NCBI GenBank assembly: GCA_028285495.1
Contig: JANQPB010000014.1
Span: 213,704 to 277,703, forward strand
Source of the DNA: Acidimicrobiales bacterium
Lineage (GTDB): Bacteria; Actinomycetota; Acidimicrobiia; Acidimicrobiales; SZUA-35
DNA: 64,000 nt
Reading direction: 5' to 3'
Both the position numbers and the translations under genes were made by a program. The notes below the pieces were generated by a model that was not told the origin of the DNA, ran no database searches, and was given only the letters and a program-made list of their open reading frames with translations. Shown here piece by piece: positions 20,294 through 30,236 of the stretch (its first letter is position 1; each line of letters begins with the position of its first letter).

Positions 20294-20336
20294 CGTACCT
20301 TTGAGTACGTCTAGAGTATTCGTACGCCGTGGTACG
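20294..20336. promoter_or_regulatory. Two CGTAC-N6-GTACG palindromes, probable TetR operators
   Basis: CGTACctttgaGTACG (20294-20309) and CGTACgccgtgGTACG (20321-20336) between divergent DUF1772 and tetR. Confidence 0.7.
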
Positions 20337-20344
20337 CTTGTCAA

Positions 20345-21055
20345 GTGGTTTCGAGAGGGAAAACCGGAGCGGCGAGCCCCCGGCGGGGGCGGCTGCCGGC
20401 GGCGGAGCGGGAGGCCCGCGAGCGGGCCGTCCTCGACGCTGCGCTCGAGACGCTGATCGCCGAGGGCGTCGACCGGATGACGATGCTGGCGGTGGCCAAG
20501 CGGGCCGGGGCATCGAAGGAGACCCTGTATTCGTGGTTCGGGAGCCGCGAGGGCCTGCTCCGGGCGCTGATCGAGCGCAATGCCGACGTGTCGGCCGAGC
20601 GGGTCAAGGCCGCCCTCGCCCCCGGCCCGGCCGACGGCGACGGCGACGGCGACGATGACAACGACGCCGACCGGCCGCTCACCGATCCGGCGGAGACCCT
20701 CGTCGGCTATGCCATCGGGCTGCTCCGCCTGCTCACCAGCCCGCCGTCGATCGCCCTCAACCGGGCGGCGATGGGCGATGCCGACCTCGCGGCGGCGCTG
20801 CTGGCCGGTGGTCGCCACCGGGTCGGTCCGCTCGTCGAGCGCTATCTCGCCGACCAGGCCGAGGCCGGCCACCTCGATCTCGTCGTCGAACCGGGCCCCG
20901 CCTTCGAGCTGCTCTACGGTCTGGTGGTGCAGGACACGCAGATCCGGGTGCTGCTCGGCGAGGACCCACCCCCCGCCGACCAGCTCGAGCGACGGGCCCG
21001 CACCGCCGTTGGCCGCTTCCTCCGCCTCGCAGCCGAGGGCGAGCCGCCGACGTGA
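20345..21055 (+). CDS. TetR/AcrR-family transcriptional regulator
   Basis: TMLAVAKRAGASKETLYSWFGSREGL HTH. Confidence 0.9.
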   Translation: MVSRGKTGAASPRRGRLPAAEREARERAVLDAALETLIAEGVDRMTMLAVAKRAGASKETLYSWFGSREGLLRALIERNADVSAERVKAALAPGPADGDGDGDDDNDADRPLTDPAETLVGYAIGLLRLLTSPPSIALNRAAMGDADLAAALLAGGRHRVGPLVERYLADQAEAGHLDLVVEPGPAFELLYGLVVQDTQIRVLLGEDPPPADQLERRARTAVGRFLRLAAEGEPPT

Positions 21056-22089
21056 GCGACACCGAGCCGTACTTCGACGACGTCGATCCCTGGGCCCGGG
21101 TCCAGCTCGGGCTCGGCGTGCTCGCCGGCGTGCTCGCCGCCGGCACCGTCGCCTACCGCCTGCTCGGCCTCCCCTGGCTCGATGCCTTCTATCAGGTGGT
21201 CATCACGGTCACCACGGTCGGCTACGGCGAGGTCCTGCCACCCGATGGCGAGATGACCTCGAACTACCGGCTGGTGACGTCGATCCTGGTGCTCGTCGGC
21301 GTGGCCGTCGGCGCCTACACCCTCGGCGTCTTCTTCGAGGCCCTCATCGAGGGCCGCCTGTCCACACACCTCGGGAGGCTTCGCATGCAACGGGAGATCG
21401 ACCAGATGTCCGACCACATCGTCATCTGTGGCTTCGGACAGGTCGGGCAGGCGATCGCCGGGTCCATCCGGACCCACGGCGAGCCGGTCGTGATCATCGA
21501 CGTGGCCGAGGACATCCACGAGATCTGCGATCTCCCCACCATCCGGGGAGACGCCACCGACGACGAGATCCTCCGCTACGCCGGGATCACCCGGGCCCGT
21601 GGGCTGGTCACCGCGCTCGACACCGACGCCGGCAACCTCTTCGTCACGATCAGCGCCAGGACGCTCCACCCCTCGCTCTACATCGTCAGCCGGGCCAACG
21701 AGCGCTCCGCGGTCAAGAAACTGGAGTCGGCCGGCGCCGATCGGGTGGTCAACCCCCACCAGATCGGCGGCAGCCGGATGGCATCGTTCATGGTCCGCCC
21801 GAACGTGGCCGACTTCATGGGCGAGACGATGCAGGACGACCAGCTCGAGGTCGAGCTGTCCGAGCTGCAGGTCGGCAAGGGCAGCCGCCTGGCCGGGCTG
21901 AGCCTGAGCACCTCGGGCATCCGGGCCGCGTCCGGGGTGATCGTGCTCGCCATCCGCCGTCCGGACGGGACGTTCGTGCACCAACCATCGGCGTCGACGA
22001 AGCCGGCCGTCGGCGACGTGCTGATCACGCTCGGAACGGCCGACCAGCAGTCGGCCCTCGCCTCCTGGGTGTCGACGTCGTCCCGCTGA
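21052..22089 (+). CDS. Potassium channel (Ion_trans_2 + RCK/TrkA-N + TrkA-C)
   Basis: TTVGYG selectivity filter, ICGFGQVG RCK motif, GDAT. Confidence 0.9.
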   Translation: MSDTEPYFDDVDPWARVQLGLGVLAGVLAAGTVAYRLLGLPWLDAFYQVVITVTTVGYGEVLPPDGEMTSNYRLVTSILVLVGVAVGAYTLGVFFEALIEGRLSTHLGRLRMQREIDQMSDHIVICGFGQVGQAIAGSIRTHGEPVVIIDVAEDIHEICDLPTIRGDATDDEILRYAGITRARGLVTALDTDAGNLFVTISARTLHPSLYIVSRANERSAVKKLESAGADRVVNPHQIGGSRMASFMVRPNVADFMGETMQDDQLEVELSELQVGKGSRLAGLSLSTSGIRAASGVIVLAIRRPDGTFVHQPSASTKPAVGDVLITLGTADQQSALASWVSTSSR

Positions 22090-22141
22090 GCGGCGGGAAA
22101 CCCTCGGCGAGCCCATCGAGCCAGCACCTACGCTCGCCCCA

Positions 22142-22888
22142 ATGGCAGCCACGATCTCGGTCCTGATCGACCTCCCCGCCGAGCAGGCCTACCACGCGGC
22201 GACGGTGACGGCGCTCGACCACGCAATCGTCGCCGGCGGACACCGGGCCGACGTCCGGGTCGTTCCGACGGCCACGATCGACGACGCCGTGGTCGCCGAT
22301 CCCGGCGACGGCGTGGTGGTCGGACCGGGCTCGCCCTACGACGAGCCCGAGCGGGTGCTCGAGGTGATCCTCGGGGCCAGGGAGCGGGGCGTGCCCCTCG
22401 TCGGCACCTGAGGCGGGTTCCAACATGCTCTGGTCGAGCATGCTCGCTCGCTGGTCGGCATCGCCGATGCCGCCCACACCGAATACGGTTCCGGCGCGGC
22501 CGGGCGGGGCACACCCGTGATCTCGCTCCTGGCCTGCTCCCTGGTCGGGGTCGACATCGAGATCGAGGTCGCCCCCGGCTCGTTGCTCGACGACCTGCAC
22601 CGCCGCCACGGCGGGCCGGCCGACGATGAGCGACCGAGCCGCCGTCGGGAGCGGACCACCTGCAACTACGGGCTCGACCCGGCCATGCAGGCGATCGCCG
22701 CCGAGCACGGGATGCGGGTGTCGGCGATCGACGACACCGGTGAGGTCCGGGCCATCGAGCGGACCGACCATCCATTCTTCGTCGCCACCCTCTATCAGCC
22801 GCAGCTGTCGAGCGAGCCAGGCAAACCCCACCCGGTGCTGGTCGGGTTCGTCGATGCGGCCGTCGAGCGGGCCCGCAACCGCGGCTGA
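22142..22888 (+). CDS. CTP-synthase C-terminal-like glutamine amidotransferase, probable selenoprotein (Sec at TGA 22409-22411)
   Basis: ORFs 22142..22411 and 22517..22888 are one frame; PLVGT-[TGA]-GGFQHALVEHAR matches the GTCGGFQH nucleophile elbow; SECIS-like hairpin follows. Confidence 0.82.
22413..22447 (+). promoter_or_regulatory. Putative bacterial SECIS element
   Basis: Upper stem CAUGCUC/GAGCAUG with UGGUC loop starting 20 nt after UGA; lower stem GCGGG/CUCGC. Confidence 0.68.
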
Positions 22889-22933
22889 CGGCATGGCGGC
22901 CGGGCCCGGTTCGACCGACCGCTCGACGCCGGG

Positions 22934-24049
22934 CTAGGCGGCGACGCAACCGGCGGCGATGCTGGAGATCGCCGTGCCCCGGCGGGGCTCCCGGACCTGG
23001 TGACGGTCGTAGCCGTTGGTGACGTAGCCGAGCGAGAGGCCGGTGGCCGGGTCGGCCCAGGCCAGCTGGCCGCCGGCGCCGTTGTGGCCGAAGGCCCCCG
23101 GTGACACCGCTCGGCCGAGGCCCCGGATGTTCGACAGGCCGTCGTCGCCGGCCAGGATCAGCCCGAGCGAGCGGTTGGCTGGCACGCCGGCGGGGTCGGG
23201 CAGCGTGTTGCGGACGTTGCCGGTGGCGTCGGCCAGGATGTCGGGATCCCAGATGCCGTTGGGGTTGTGCAGGAGCTCCTGGTAGAAGAGCGCCAGGTCC
23301 CTGGCCCTGGCGTAGCCCCCGCCGCCGGGCACGCCGACGGCCCTCGTGTCGGTATCGTTGAACCGGAGCACGACGTCGTCGGTCACCTCGGTCAGCGGGA
23401 GCTCCCGGACACCGAAGGCCGCCTCGAGCTCGTCCGGCGTCGCCGGTTGGCCGACGAGTGCGAGGTCGGCGATGCCGTCCTGCTGCTCGGGGGCGAGGCC
23501 GAGGATGCGGGGCAGGCCGGCCGGGGTGGTGATGCGGGTCGCCACCTCGTCGCGGTAGTCGCCGCCGGTCACCCGGTCGATGATGGCCGCCAGCACCCAG
23601 TGGGCCGACGTCGGGTGGTACTCGAAGCGGGTGCCCGGCTCCCAGTTGAGGCGCCAGCCAGCCATGCGGGTCAGCCGGGCGCCGGGGTCGGCCCAGTCGG
23701 GCGGTCCGAGCGGGGCATGAGGGAAGCCGGAGGTGTGGAGCATGACCTGCTCGACGGTGATGGCGGCCTTCGTGTCGTCGCTCCCGAACTCGGGGACGTA
23801 GTCGACGACCGGGCGGGTGACGTCGACCGCCCCCTCGGCCATCAGCGTCCAGATCACCGAGGCGACGAACGGCTTGGTGGCCGAGAAGATGCAGTAGCGG
23901 GTGTCGAGGTCGGCGTCGCCGAAGACCTCCTCCGCCACGATCCGGCCGTCGTGGGCCAGGGCCACCTGGGCGGAGGGCAGGAGTCCCTCGTCGACCTCTC
24001 GCCTGGCTCGGGTCAGGAGCCGGTCGACCGCTGCGTCATCGATCGTCAT
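22934..24049 (-). CDS. Serine hydrolase (beta-lactamase class C-like esterase)
   Basis: FSATK (SxxK), LHTSG, PGTRFEYH, FGHNGAGG. Confidence 0.88.
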   Translation of the reverse strand: MTIDDAAVDRLLTRARREVDEGLLPSAQVALAHDGRIVAEEVFGDADLDTRYCIFSATKPFVASVIWTLMAEGAVDVTRPVVDYVPEFGSDDTKAAITVEQVMLHTSGFPHAPLGPPDWADPGARLTRMAGWRLNWEPGTRFEYHPTSAHWVLAAIIDRVTGGDYRDEVATRITTPAGLPRILGLAPEQQDGIADLALVGQPATPDELEAAFGVRELPLTEVTDDVVLRFNDTDTRAVGVPGGGGYARARDLALFYQELLHNPNGIWDPDILADATGNVRNTLPDPAGVPANRSLGLILAGDDGLSNIRGLGRAVSPGAFGHNGAGGQLAWADPATGLSLGYVTNGYDRHQVREPRRGTAISSIAAGCVAA

Positions 24050-24205
24050 GGCCGTCACGTTACGTGGCCGATCGCTGCCGATCGAGTTGGCGCCATGGCG
24101 AGACTGGGTGGAGCTACCCACCACTTTCTGACGATTCGGTGACATCGGGATCCGTCCCCGGCTCTCCGACGTCTTGTACGGGTGATGGTGGGCAAGACTG
24201 ACCCG

Positions 24206-26530
24206 ATGGACGAGCCAGTCGAACCCCTCGTGAGCGAACCGGTGGTGCCGGGTCGCCGCCTGGGTTCGAACTACGTCGTAGGCGAGCGGCTCGGTCGCGG
24301 CGCCATGGGCGTCGTGCACGAGGCCTCCACCCACGACGGCCGACCCCTGGCCGTGAAGTTCCTCCGGGCCGAGCTGGCCGCCGACCACAAGACCGTCGCC
24401 CGGTTCCTGCAGGAGCGGCAGATCTTCCGCAAGGTCGACCACCCCAACGTCGTCCGGGTCCACGATCTCGTCGCCGAGGGTGACGACCTCGCCATCGTGA
24501 TGGAGCGGGTGTCGGGCGGCGACCTGAAGCAGCGGATCGCCGAGCAGTCGCTGAACCCCCGCCAATCGATCGCCATCGCCACCGGCATCGCCGCCGGCCT
24601 CGGCGCGATCCACGGGGCCAGGGTGATCCACCGGGATCTCAAGCCGGCCAACATCCTGCTGACCCCCGAGCTGTCGCCCAAGATCTCCGACTTCGGTATC
24701 TCCCGCCTCGTGACCGAGGCGATGACCCGCACGTCGGCCACGATCGGCACCCCGATCTACATGGCCCCCGAGGCCGCCGATCAGCGTGGTGCCGATGCGC
24801 CGGCCGACATCTATGCGCTCGGCATCATCCTGTTCGAGCTGCTGATCGGCCAGCCCCCGTTCGCCGAGGGCGGCACCTTCGCCGTGCTGCGGGCCCACGC
24901 GATGGACGTGCCGCCCCGCATCGAGGGCATCCCGGCGGAGCTGTCCGACCTGATCGCCCGCATGCTGGCCAAGGAGCCGGCCGAGCGACCCGACGTCGTC
25001 GAGGTGCACGGGCGCCTCGCCGCGCTGATCCCGCAGATGGACGAGCGGGCGGTGCCGGCCGCGGTGCCGCCACCGGCCGGGTCGGGCGGCGAGGGGTTCG
25101 ATTCGCAGGAGACCACCGGGCCCCGGGCCAGCGGCGATCCGACGGTCGTCGGTGGCGGCGTCGGCCCATGGGCCGCCCCCGCTGCTGGCGCCGCTGGTGC
25201 CGCCGCCGGGTCGGCACCACAGCCGGATGAGTCCGACGAGCGGGCCGGCGCCATCGGCGCGGCCGGCGCCGGTGCGGGGCTCGCCGGGCTGGCGGCCAGC
25301 GGCGCGCTGCAGCGAGCCGGGGCCGACGGCGTTCCCGCCGACGCGGCCGAGACCGTGGTCGGGGCCGAAGCGCTCGAGGCGAGCGACCAGGTGCTTCGCA
25401 GCGAGGTGGCCGAGACGGTCGTCGACGGGGCTGGCGCAAGGTCGGCCGGACACGGCGCCCAACCGATGGCCAACAACCCGTCGTCGAGCTCGGCCGAGAC
25501 GGTCGGCTCGGGTCCGGGGGCCGACGGCGGGGCCGGTCGGTTCGGCGGTCTGCCGGGATCGGAGGCGCCATCCGACGGCGTGCCCTACATCGCCGGGCCG
25601 AGCGGCGCGGCGACGACCACCGGCGGGCTGCGCTCGCTGTTCCCCAACCGGATCCCCCGCCGGGTGGCCGAGGTCGGCCTGGCCGCCGCCTCGCTCGCGG
25701 CCGTGCTGGCCGTGGTGGCGTTCGTCCTGAACTCGGGCGACGGTGACGGCGACGGGACAACGGCGATCGGGAGCGAGAACACGTCGACGACCGGTGTGGC
25801 TGGCCCTGGCGTCGACGGCGACGGCAGCGGCGAGGACGGTCCGACCCAGTTCAGCAGCTCGCTCGACGACGGTGAGGGTGGCGCCGCGAGCGGAGGGGGC
25901 GACGGCGAGGGGGGCTCGTCGACGACGGCGACGACCGACCCGGCCGGGGGCACGAGCACCGAGCGGACCTCGACGACCAACGGGGCCAGTACCAGCTCGA
26001 CGAGCTCGTCGACGTCAAGCACCGGCTCCACCACCTCGTCGACCTCGACCACGTCGTCGACGACGTCGACCACCCGGCCGACCACGACGAGCCTCAGCAC
26101 CACCACGACCAGGCCGACGAGCAGCACGACCTCGACGTCGCTCAGCACCACCACGTCGAGCACGGCGATCGTGGCGGTCCCGATCCGGATCGTGAGCGGG
26201 CCGACGGTGAACGTGGTGAACGCCACGTCGTTCCAGTTCAACTACTCGACCAACGACGTGTGCGGCACCGGGAGCTTCAGCGTGACCGAGGTCGCCACCG
26301 GGGTGTCGGCCGGCTCGTTCTCGGGCCAGGACGTCTGCTTCGGACCGCTGCACGGCGGGTTCCCGGGGTTGGCGAGCAGCCCCGAGTTCCGCAACTTCGA
26401 CATCAAGCCGGCGACCGAGTATCGGGTGTCGATCACCGTGCGGGGGACGTCGCCCGGGTCGGGTGACACCAAGCCGGCGGGGTCCGGGTCCGACTCGACG
26501 TCGTTCCGGGTCACCACCGCAGCCGGCTGA
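24206..26530 (+). CDS. Membrane Ser/Thr protein kinase with Thr/Ser-rich extracellular stalk
   Basis: GRGAMG, AVK, HRDLKPANIL, DFG, GTPIYMAPE; one TM segment; start could be 24182-24206. Confidence 0.9.
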   Translation: MDEPVEPLVSEPVVPGRRLGSNYVVGERLGRGAMGVVHEASTHDGRPLAVKFLRAELAADHKTVARFLQERQIFRKVDHPNVVRVHDLVAEGDDLAIVMERVSGGDLKQRIAEQSLNPRQSIAIATGIAAGLGAIHGARVIHRDLKPANILLTPELSPKISDFGISRLVTEAMTRTSATIGTPIYMAPEAADQRGADAPADIYALGIILFELLIGQPPFAEGGTFAVLRAHAMDVPPRIEGIPAELSDLIARMLAKEPAERPDVVEVHGRLAALIPQMDERAVPAAVPPPAGSGGEGFDSQETTGPRASGDPTVVGGGVGPWAAPAAGAAGAAAGSAPQPDESDERAGAIGAAGAGAGLAGLAASGALQRAGADGVPADAAETVVGAEALEASDQVLRSEVAETVVDGAGARSAGHGAQPMANNPSSSSAETVGSGPGADGGAGRFGGLPGSEAPSDGVPYIAGPSGAATTTGGLRSLFPNRIPRRVAEVGLAAASLAAVLAVVAFVLNSGDGDGDGTTAIGSENTSTTGVAGPGVDGDGSGEDGPTQFSSSLDDGEGGAASGGGDGEGGSSTTATTDPAGGTSTERTSTTNGASTSSTSSSTSSTGSTTSSTSTTSSTTSTTRPTTTSLSTTTTRPTSSTTSTSLSTTTSSTAIVAVPIRIVSGPTVNVVNATSFQFNYSTNDVCGTGSFSVTEVATGVSAGSFSGQDVCFGPLHGGFPGLASSPEFRNFDIKPATEYRVSITVRGTSPGSGDTKPAGSGSDSTSFRVTTAAG

Positions 26531-26610
26531 CCGATCCGCCGAATCCGGGTGCCGCCCGGGGTGGTCGCGGCCTACACTCGAAGCCCCAGCCCACCGGCTG
26601 GATCACGACT

Positions 26611-26684
26611 GCGCTCGTAGCTCAATTGGATAGAGCATCTGACTACGGATCAGAAGGTTGGGGGTTCGAGTCCCTCCGAGCGCG
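26611..26684 (+). tRNA. tRNA-Arg(ACG)
   Basis: Cloverleaf GCGCTCG/CGAGCGC acceptor stem, TCTGA-CT ACG GA-TCAGA anticodon arm, GGTTCGAGTCC T-arm; CCA not encoded; TACACT -10 at 26573. Confidence 0.95.
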
Positions 26685-26754
26685 CTAGTCACCAAGCGGG
26701 TATTCGGCCTCATGGGCGACCGACCACCACCCGCTGAGTGACAGACTGCGCGAC
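26678..26754 (+). repeat. att-like direct repeat, copy 1
   Basis: GAGCGCGCT...TCGGCCTCaTGGGCGACCGACCACCACCCGCTGAGTGACAgACTGCGcGAC, recurring at 38564-38640. Confidence 0.8.
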
Positions 26755-26768
26755 AGCTAGCCCCGCAG

Positions 26769-27335
26769 CTACCTTCTCCGCCGCCCCTGAGCAGCTTCCC
26801 TCGACACCCGTTTGCGTGCTCCAGGAGCATTGAGACGGAACCTGGCCGCCGCTTCGCTCACGCCCATGAGCCCCGCGCACTCCCGTAGGGGCAAGTTCGA
26901 CCGAGCGAGAGCCAGTGGGCCTCGTCCGGGACGAGTAGGGAGAAGCCAAACCAGTCCGCCTCTCGCTTGTGGTCCGGGCTATGGACCTCGATGATCCCGT
27001 TGTTGATCACACAGGTCGGGTGGTCGAGATAGACGTGGCCGAGTTCGTGGGCGATATCGCTTCGTTGACGAACTTCCGAAGACAGGTCGTTGTGAATAGT
27101 CAACTTACCTATCCACCCATCAAGCACAGCTACCGCATGGAAGCGCTGGCTCGCTCCTGTCAACCGAAACCCGGCGACGACTTCATCGCCAAGCCGAGAG
27201 ACACCAACCACAGTCACCGAGAGCCAAGCAGCCACTGCGAAGGGGTCGAGCCCGTCTAGAGGCTTGACGCCGAACTCGGCCCCTGACCTCCGCTACCAGA
27301 TCAGCGACCTCTCGCTTCAAGCCACGGCAAACTTC
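26769..27335 (-). pseudogene. ImmA/IrrE-family metallo-endopeptidase, frameshifted
   Basis: RGLKREVADLVAEVR / LDPFAVAAWL...IAHELGH...READWF..LLVP / GVSEAAARFRLNAPGARKR spread across frame changes; 5' end approximate. Confidence 0.7.
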
Positions 27336-27693
27336 GACACTTGCACGGACCGTCGCAGCCCCACCTACTCGCCGTGCTGGACGTACGCAGTCTTGATCAT
27401 CGCTTCGATCAGGTCCACTTGGCCTGCGGTGGCTCACGATCTGACAGGCGATGCATGGCCGCCAAAGCCCGCGTTGGCTCGGCTCGCGGCACAGCTCTAC
27501 CCGGAGGACATCCGGATCGACGACACCGGAATGCTCACGCGACCCGACTGGACACCGGGCGTCCCGGTGCCCCTCGAGGGCATCAAGATCTCGCTCGACG
27601 ACCAGACGTCGGCGCCTGCCATCGACGGGCAGGCTGACGACGTCAACGGTGTCCTACCGCTGGCAATGACGGACGACCGTTCGCCTGGTACAG

Positions 27694-28140
27694 CTACGCC
27701 ATAAGGGAGCTCAACCCATCGTCGCTCTTCGAGAACCGGCCACGCTGGCGGCTCACGGGCGCCGAGATCGGTGGTGGCCGAGGACGGATGACGTTGCCCG
27801 GGGTGTAGTCGTATTCGGCCGGAGGGTCAGCGATCGGATAGCCAGCTGTCAGGACCACCTCTACGATGCGGTCGACGTCGTCGGGCGAGTCGGCGCAGAG
27901 CGCGAGGTGATCGATCCCCGAGGCGTATCGCTCGTGCCGGCGACGGGCCGGACGCTCGCGAGGCGGGCGAACCTCGATCGCGAACACGGCACCGCCAGGC
28001 ATCGAAAGCGACCAGATGGCCCGGTCGGCACCGAGGTTCGTCTGCTCGAAGCCGAGCTCACCAAGCACGAGCGCATAGAAGGCAACCGAACGTGACGGCT
28101 CGGCGACGTTGAGATCCAGGTGACTCAGAAACCCCCGCAC
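27694..28140 (-). pseudogene. VOC/glyoxalase-family protein, C-terminally truncated
   Basis: SHLDLNV..SVAFY, GIDHLAL, PPAEYDYTPG, then lacks the usual YYAVFF.DPDG..LE end. Confidence 0.62.
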
Positions 28141-28257
28141 AGGTATGGACACAGTGTTCCAGCACCCGCCCGGTATCGGCACGGCCGGCGAGCCCTGGTA
28201 CAACCGGGTGTCGGACGGCTGGACCACCGCCTGTGTCTCGTCGGTCCTGCGGCGGTG

Positions 28258-29139
28258 CTATTGGGTCTGCTGATTGGTGCGGTGGGTTCGGTTGTCGGCC
28301 GGGATGACGAGTGGGGTGTGGCTGATCGGGTCGTCGATGACGGCGCACCGGAGGCCGAAAACGTCGTGGACGGATCTGTCGGTGATGACGTCGGAGGGGT
28401 GGCCGGCTTCGACGATGGCGCCGTTGCGCAGCATGATGATGTGGTGGGCGTAGCGGCTGGCCAGGTTGAGGTCGTGGAGGACGGCGACGATGGTGCGTCC
28501 TCGTTCACGGTTGAGGTCGTGAATGAGTCCGAGGACGTCGAGTTGGTGGCTGATGTCGAGGAAGGTGGTGGGTTCGTCGAGCAGGAGGAGCTCGGTCTCT
28601 TGGGCGAGGGCCATGGCGATCCAGACCCGTTGTCGCTGGCCTCCGGAGATCTCGTCGACTCGTCGTTCGGCGAGGTCGAGCGTGTCGGTGACCTCCAGGG
28701 CGTTTCGAACGGCCTGCTCGTCGTTCGTGGACCACTGTCGGAAGACCGTCTGGTGGGGGGTTCGGCCTCGGGCGACGAGGTCGATGACCAGGATGCCGTC
28801 GGGTGCGATGGGTGCCTGTGGTAGGAGTCCGAGTCGGCGCGCGACCTCTCTGGTGCCGAGCGAGTGGATCTGCTTGCCGTCGAGGATGATCTGGCCGGCC
28901 ATGGGTTTCAAGAGCCTGGCCATGGCGCGCAGCAGCGTGGACTTGCCGCAGGCGTTTGGTCCGACGATGGCGGTGATCTGGCCGTCGGGGATCGTGACGT
29001 CGAGCCGGTCGATCACGATCTGGTCGTCGTAAGCCAGCTGTATCTGATCGGCCCGCAGCCGCGAGGCGCAGCCGCCATCGACTGCGGGCGTTCGGGTGGA
29101 GCCGGTGTTGGTCGCTGGGAGCGTGGGATCGTGGTTCAC
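28258..29139 (-). CDS. Iron-siderophore ABC transporter ATP-binding protein (FepC/FhuC-like)
   Basis: GPNACGKST, ISGGQRQRVWIAM, LLLDEPT, LHDLN. Confidence 0.92.
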   Translation of the reverse strand: MNHDPTLPATNTGSTRTPAVDGGCASRLRADQIQLAYDDQIVIDRLDVTIPDGQITAIVGPNACGKSTLLRAMARLLKPMAGQIILDGKQIHSLGTREVARRLGLLPQAPIAPDGILVIDLVARGRTPHQTVFRQWSTNDEQAVRNALEVTDTLDLAERRVDEISGGQRQRVWIAMALAQETELLLLDEPTTFLDISHQLDVLGLIHDLNRERGRTIVAVLHDLNLASRYAHHIIMLRNGAIVEAGHPSDVITDRSVHDVFGLRCAVIDDPISHTPLVIPADNRTHRTNQQTQ

Positions 29140-30236
29140 AGCGCTCCCGTGCGAGATTGGCGGGTTAGTAGCCAAAGTAGGTAGGGGGCGCCGACGGCTG
29201 CGGTCATGACGCCAACGGGCAGCTCGGTTGGAGCAAGCACTCGCCGCGCCCCGAGGTCAGCGGTCACGGTGACGAGCGCGCCGACGAAGGCGGCGGGCAC
29301 GACGCAGGCGCCAGGCGTTTTGGTGATCCTTCGGGCGAGGGGTCCTGCGACGAATGCGACGAAGGCGACCGGCCCAGCGGCCGCCACGCCGAGGGCGGCG
29401 AGGCCGACCCCAACGAGGACGAGTCCGAGCTTGGCCCGGCCGACCCGCACGCCGAGGGCGGCAGCGGTGTCGTCGCCAAGGTCAAGGCGGTCGAGGCTTC
29501 GTTGCATGACGATGGCGAGCGGCGCCAGCACGGCCAAGGCAACGGCGATGATGCGGACCTCGTCCCACCCGCGTCCGTTGAGTGAGCCGGTGAGCCAGAC
29601 CGTGGCGCGCTGGACGTCGCTGATGTCGGCCCGGGTGATCAGGTAGCTGTTGACGGCGCTGATCGAGAAGCCGGCGCCGATGCCGACGAGGACCAAGCGC
29701 GAGGCCTCGAGGCCGCGTTTCCACGCGAGGACGTAGACCGCCAGGGCAGTAGAGAGGCCACCGGCAAGTGCGCCGATCGACACCTGCAGCGACGAACCGC
29801 CCCACACCACGATGGTCCCGACAGCTCCAAGCGCAGCGCCCGCATTGAAGCCGATGATGTCGGGTGAGCCGAGCGGGTTCCGGGCCAGCGACTGGAAGAT
29901 GGCGCCCGACATCCCGAAGGCCGCTCCGACGCCGATCGCAGTGAGAGCGCGGGGAAGCCGAAGCGTGCCAACGATGAACTCCGAGTCTGCAGTCGGGTCG
30001 CCCAACAAGGTGGCAATGACGTCCGACACCGGGACCGGGGCGTCGCCGACGCTGATCGAGTACATCCCGACGGCGATGATGACCGCCGCGACGACGAGAC
30101 ACACCACGGCGGAGCGGACATCGAGGCGGGCCGAGAAACCTCGGCCTCGGACGATCCGTCCCCGGACGGGCAGCCGCGTTGCTGGTCTGCGCTCGCAAGC
30201 ATCGGGGTGCCATCGTTCGCCGATTGCGTCAGTCAC
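29136..30236 (-). CDS. FecCD-family iron-chelate ABC permease (FepG-like)
   Basis: LRLPR, RNPLGSPDIIG, WLTGSL, ELPVG. Confidence 0.92.
   Translation of the reverse strand: MTDAIGERWHPDACERRPATRLPVRGRIVRGRGFSARLDVRSAVVCLVVAAVIIAVGMYSISVGDAPVPVSDVIATLLGDPTADSEFIVGTLRLPRALTAIGVGAAFGMSGAIFQSLARNPLGSPDIIGFNAGAALGAVGTIVVWGGSSLQVSIGALAGGLSTALAVYVLAWKRGLEASRLVLVGIGAGFSISAVNSYLITRADISDVQRATVWLTGSLNGRGWDEVRIIAVALAVLAPLAIVMQRSLDRLDLGDDTAAALGVRVGRAKLGLVLVGVGLAALGVAAAGPVAFVAFVAGPLARRITKTPGACVVPAAFVGALVTVTADLGARRVLAPTELPVGVMTAAVGAPYLLWLLTRQSRTGAL

Noticed and set aside
27264-27704. 146-aa + strand ORF
   Set aside because: Overlaps the ImmA remnant on the opposite strand and has no motif; at most a gene fragment.
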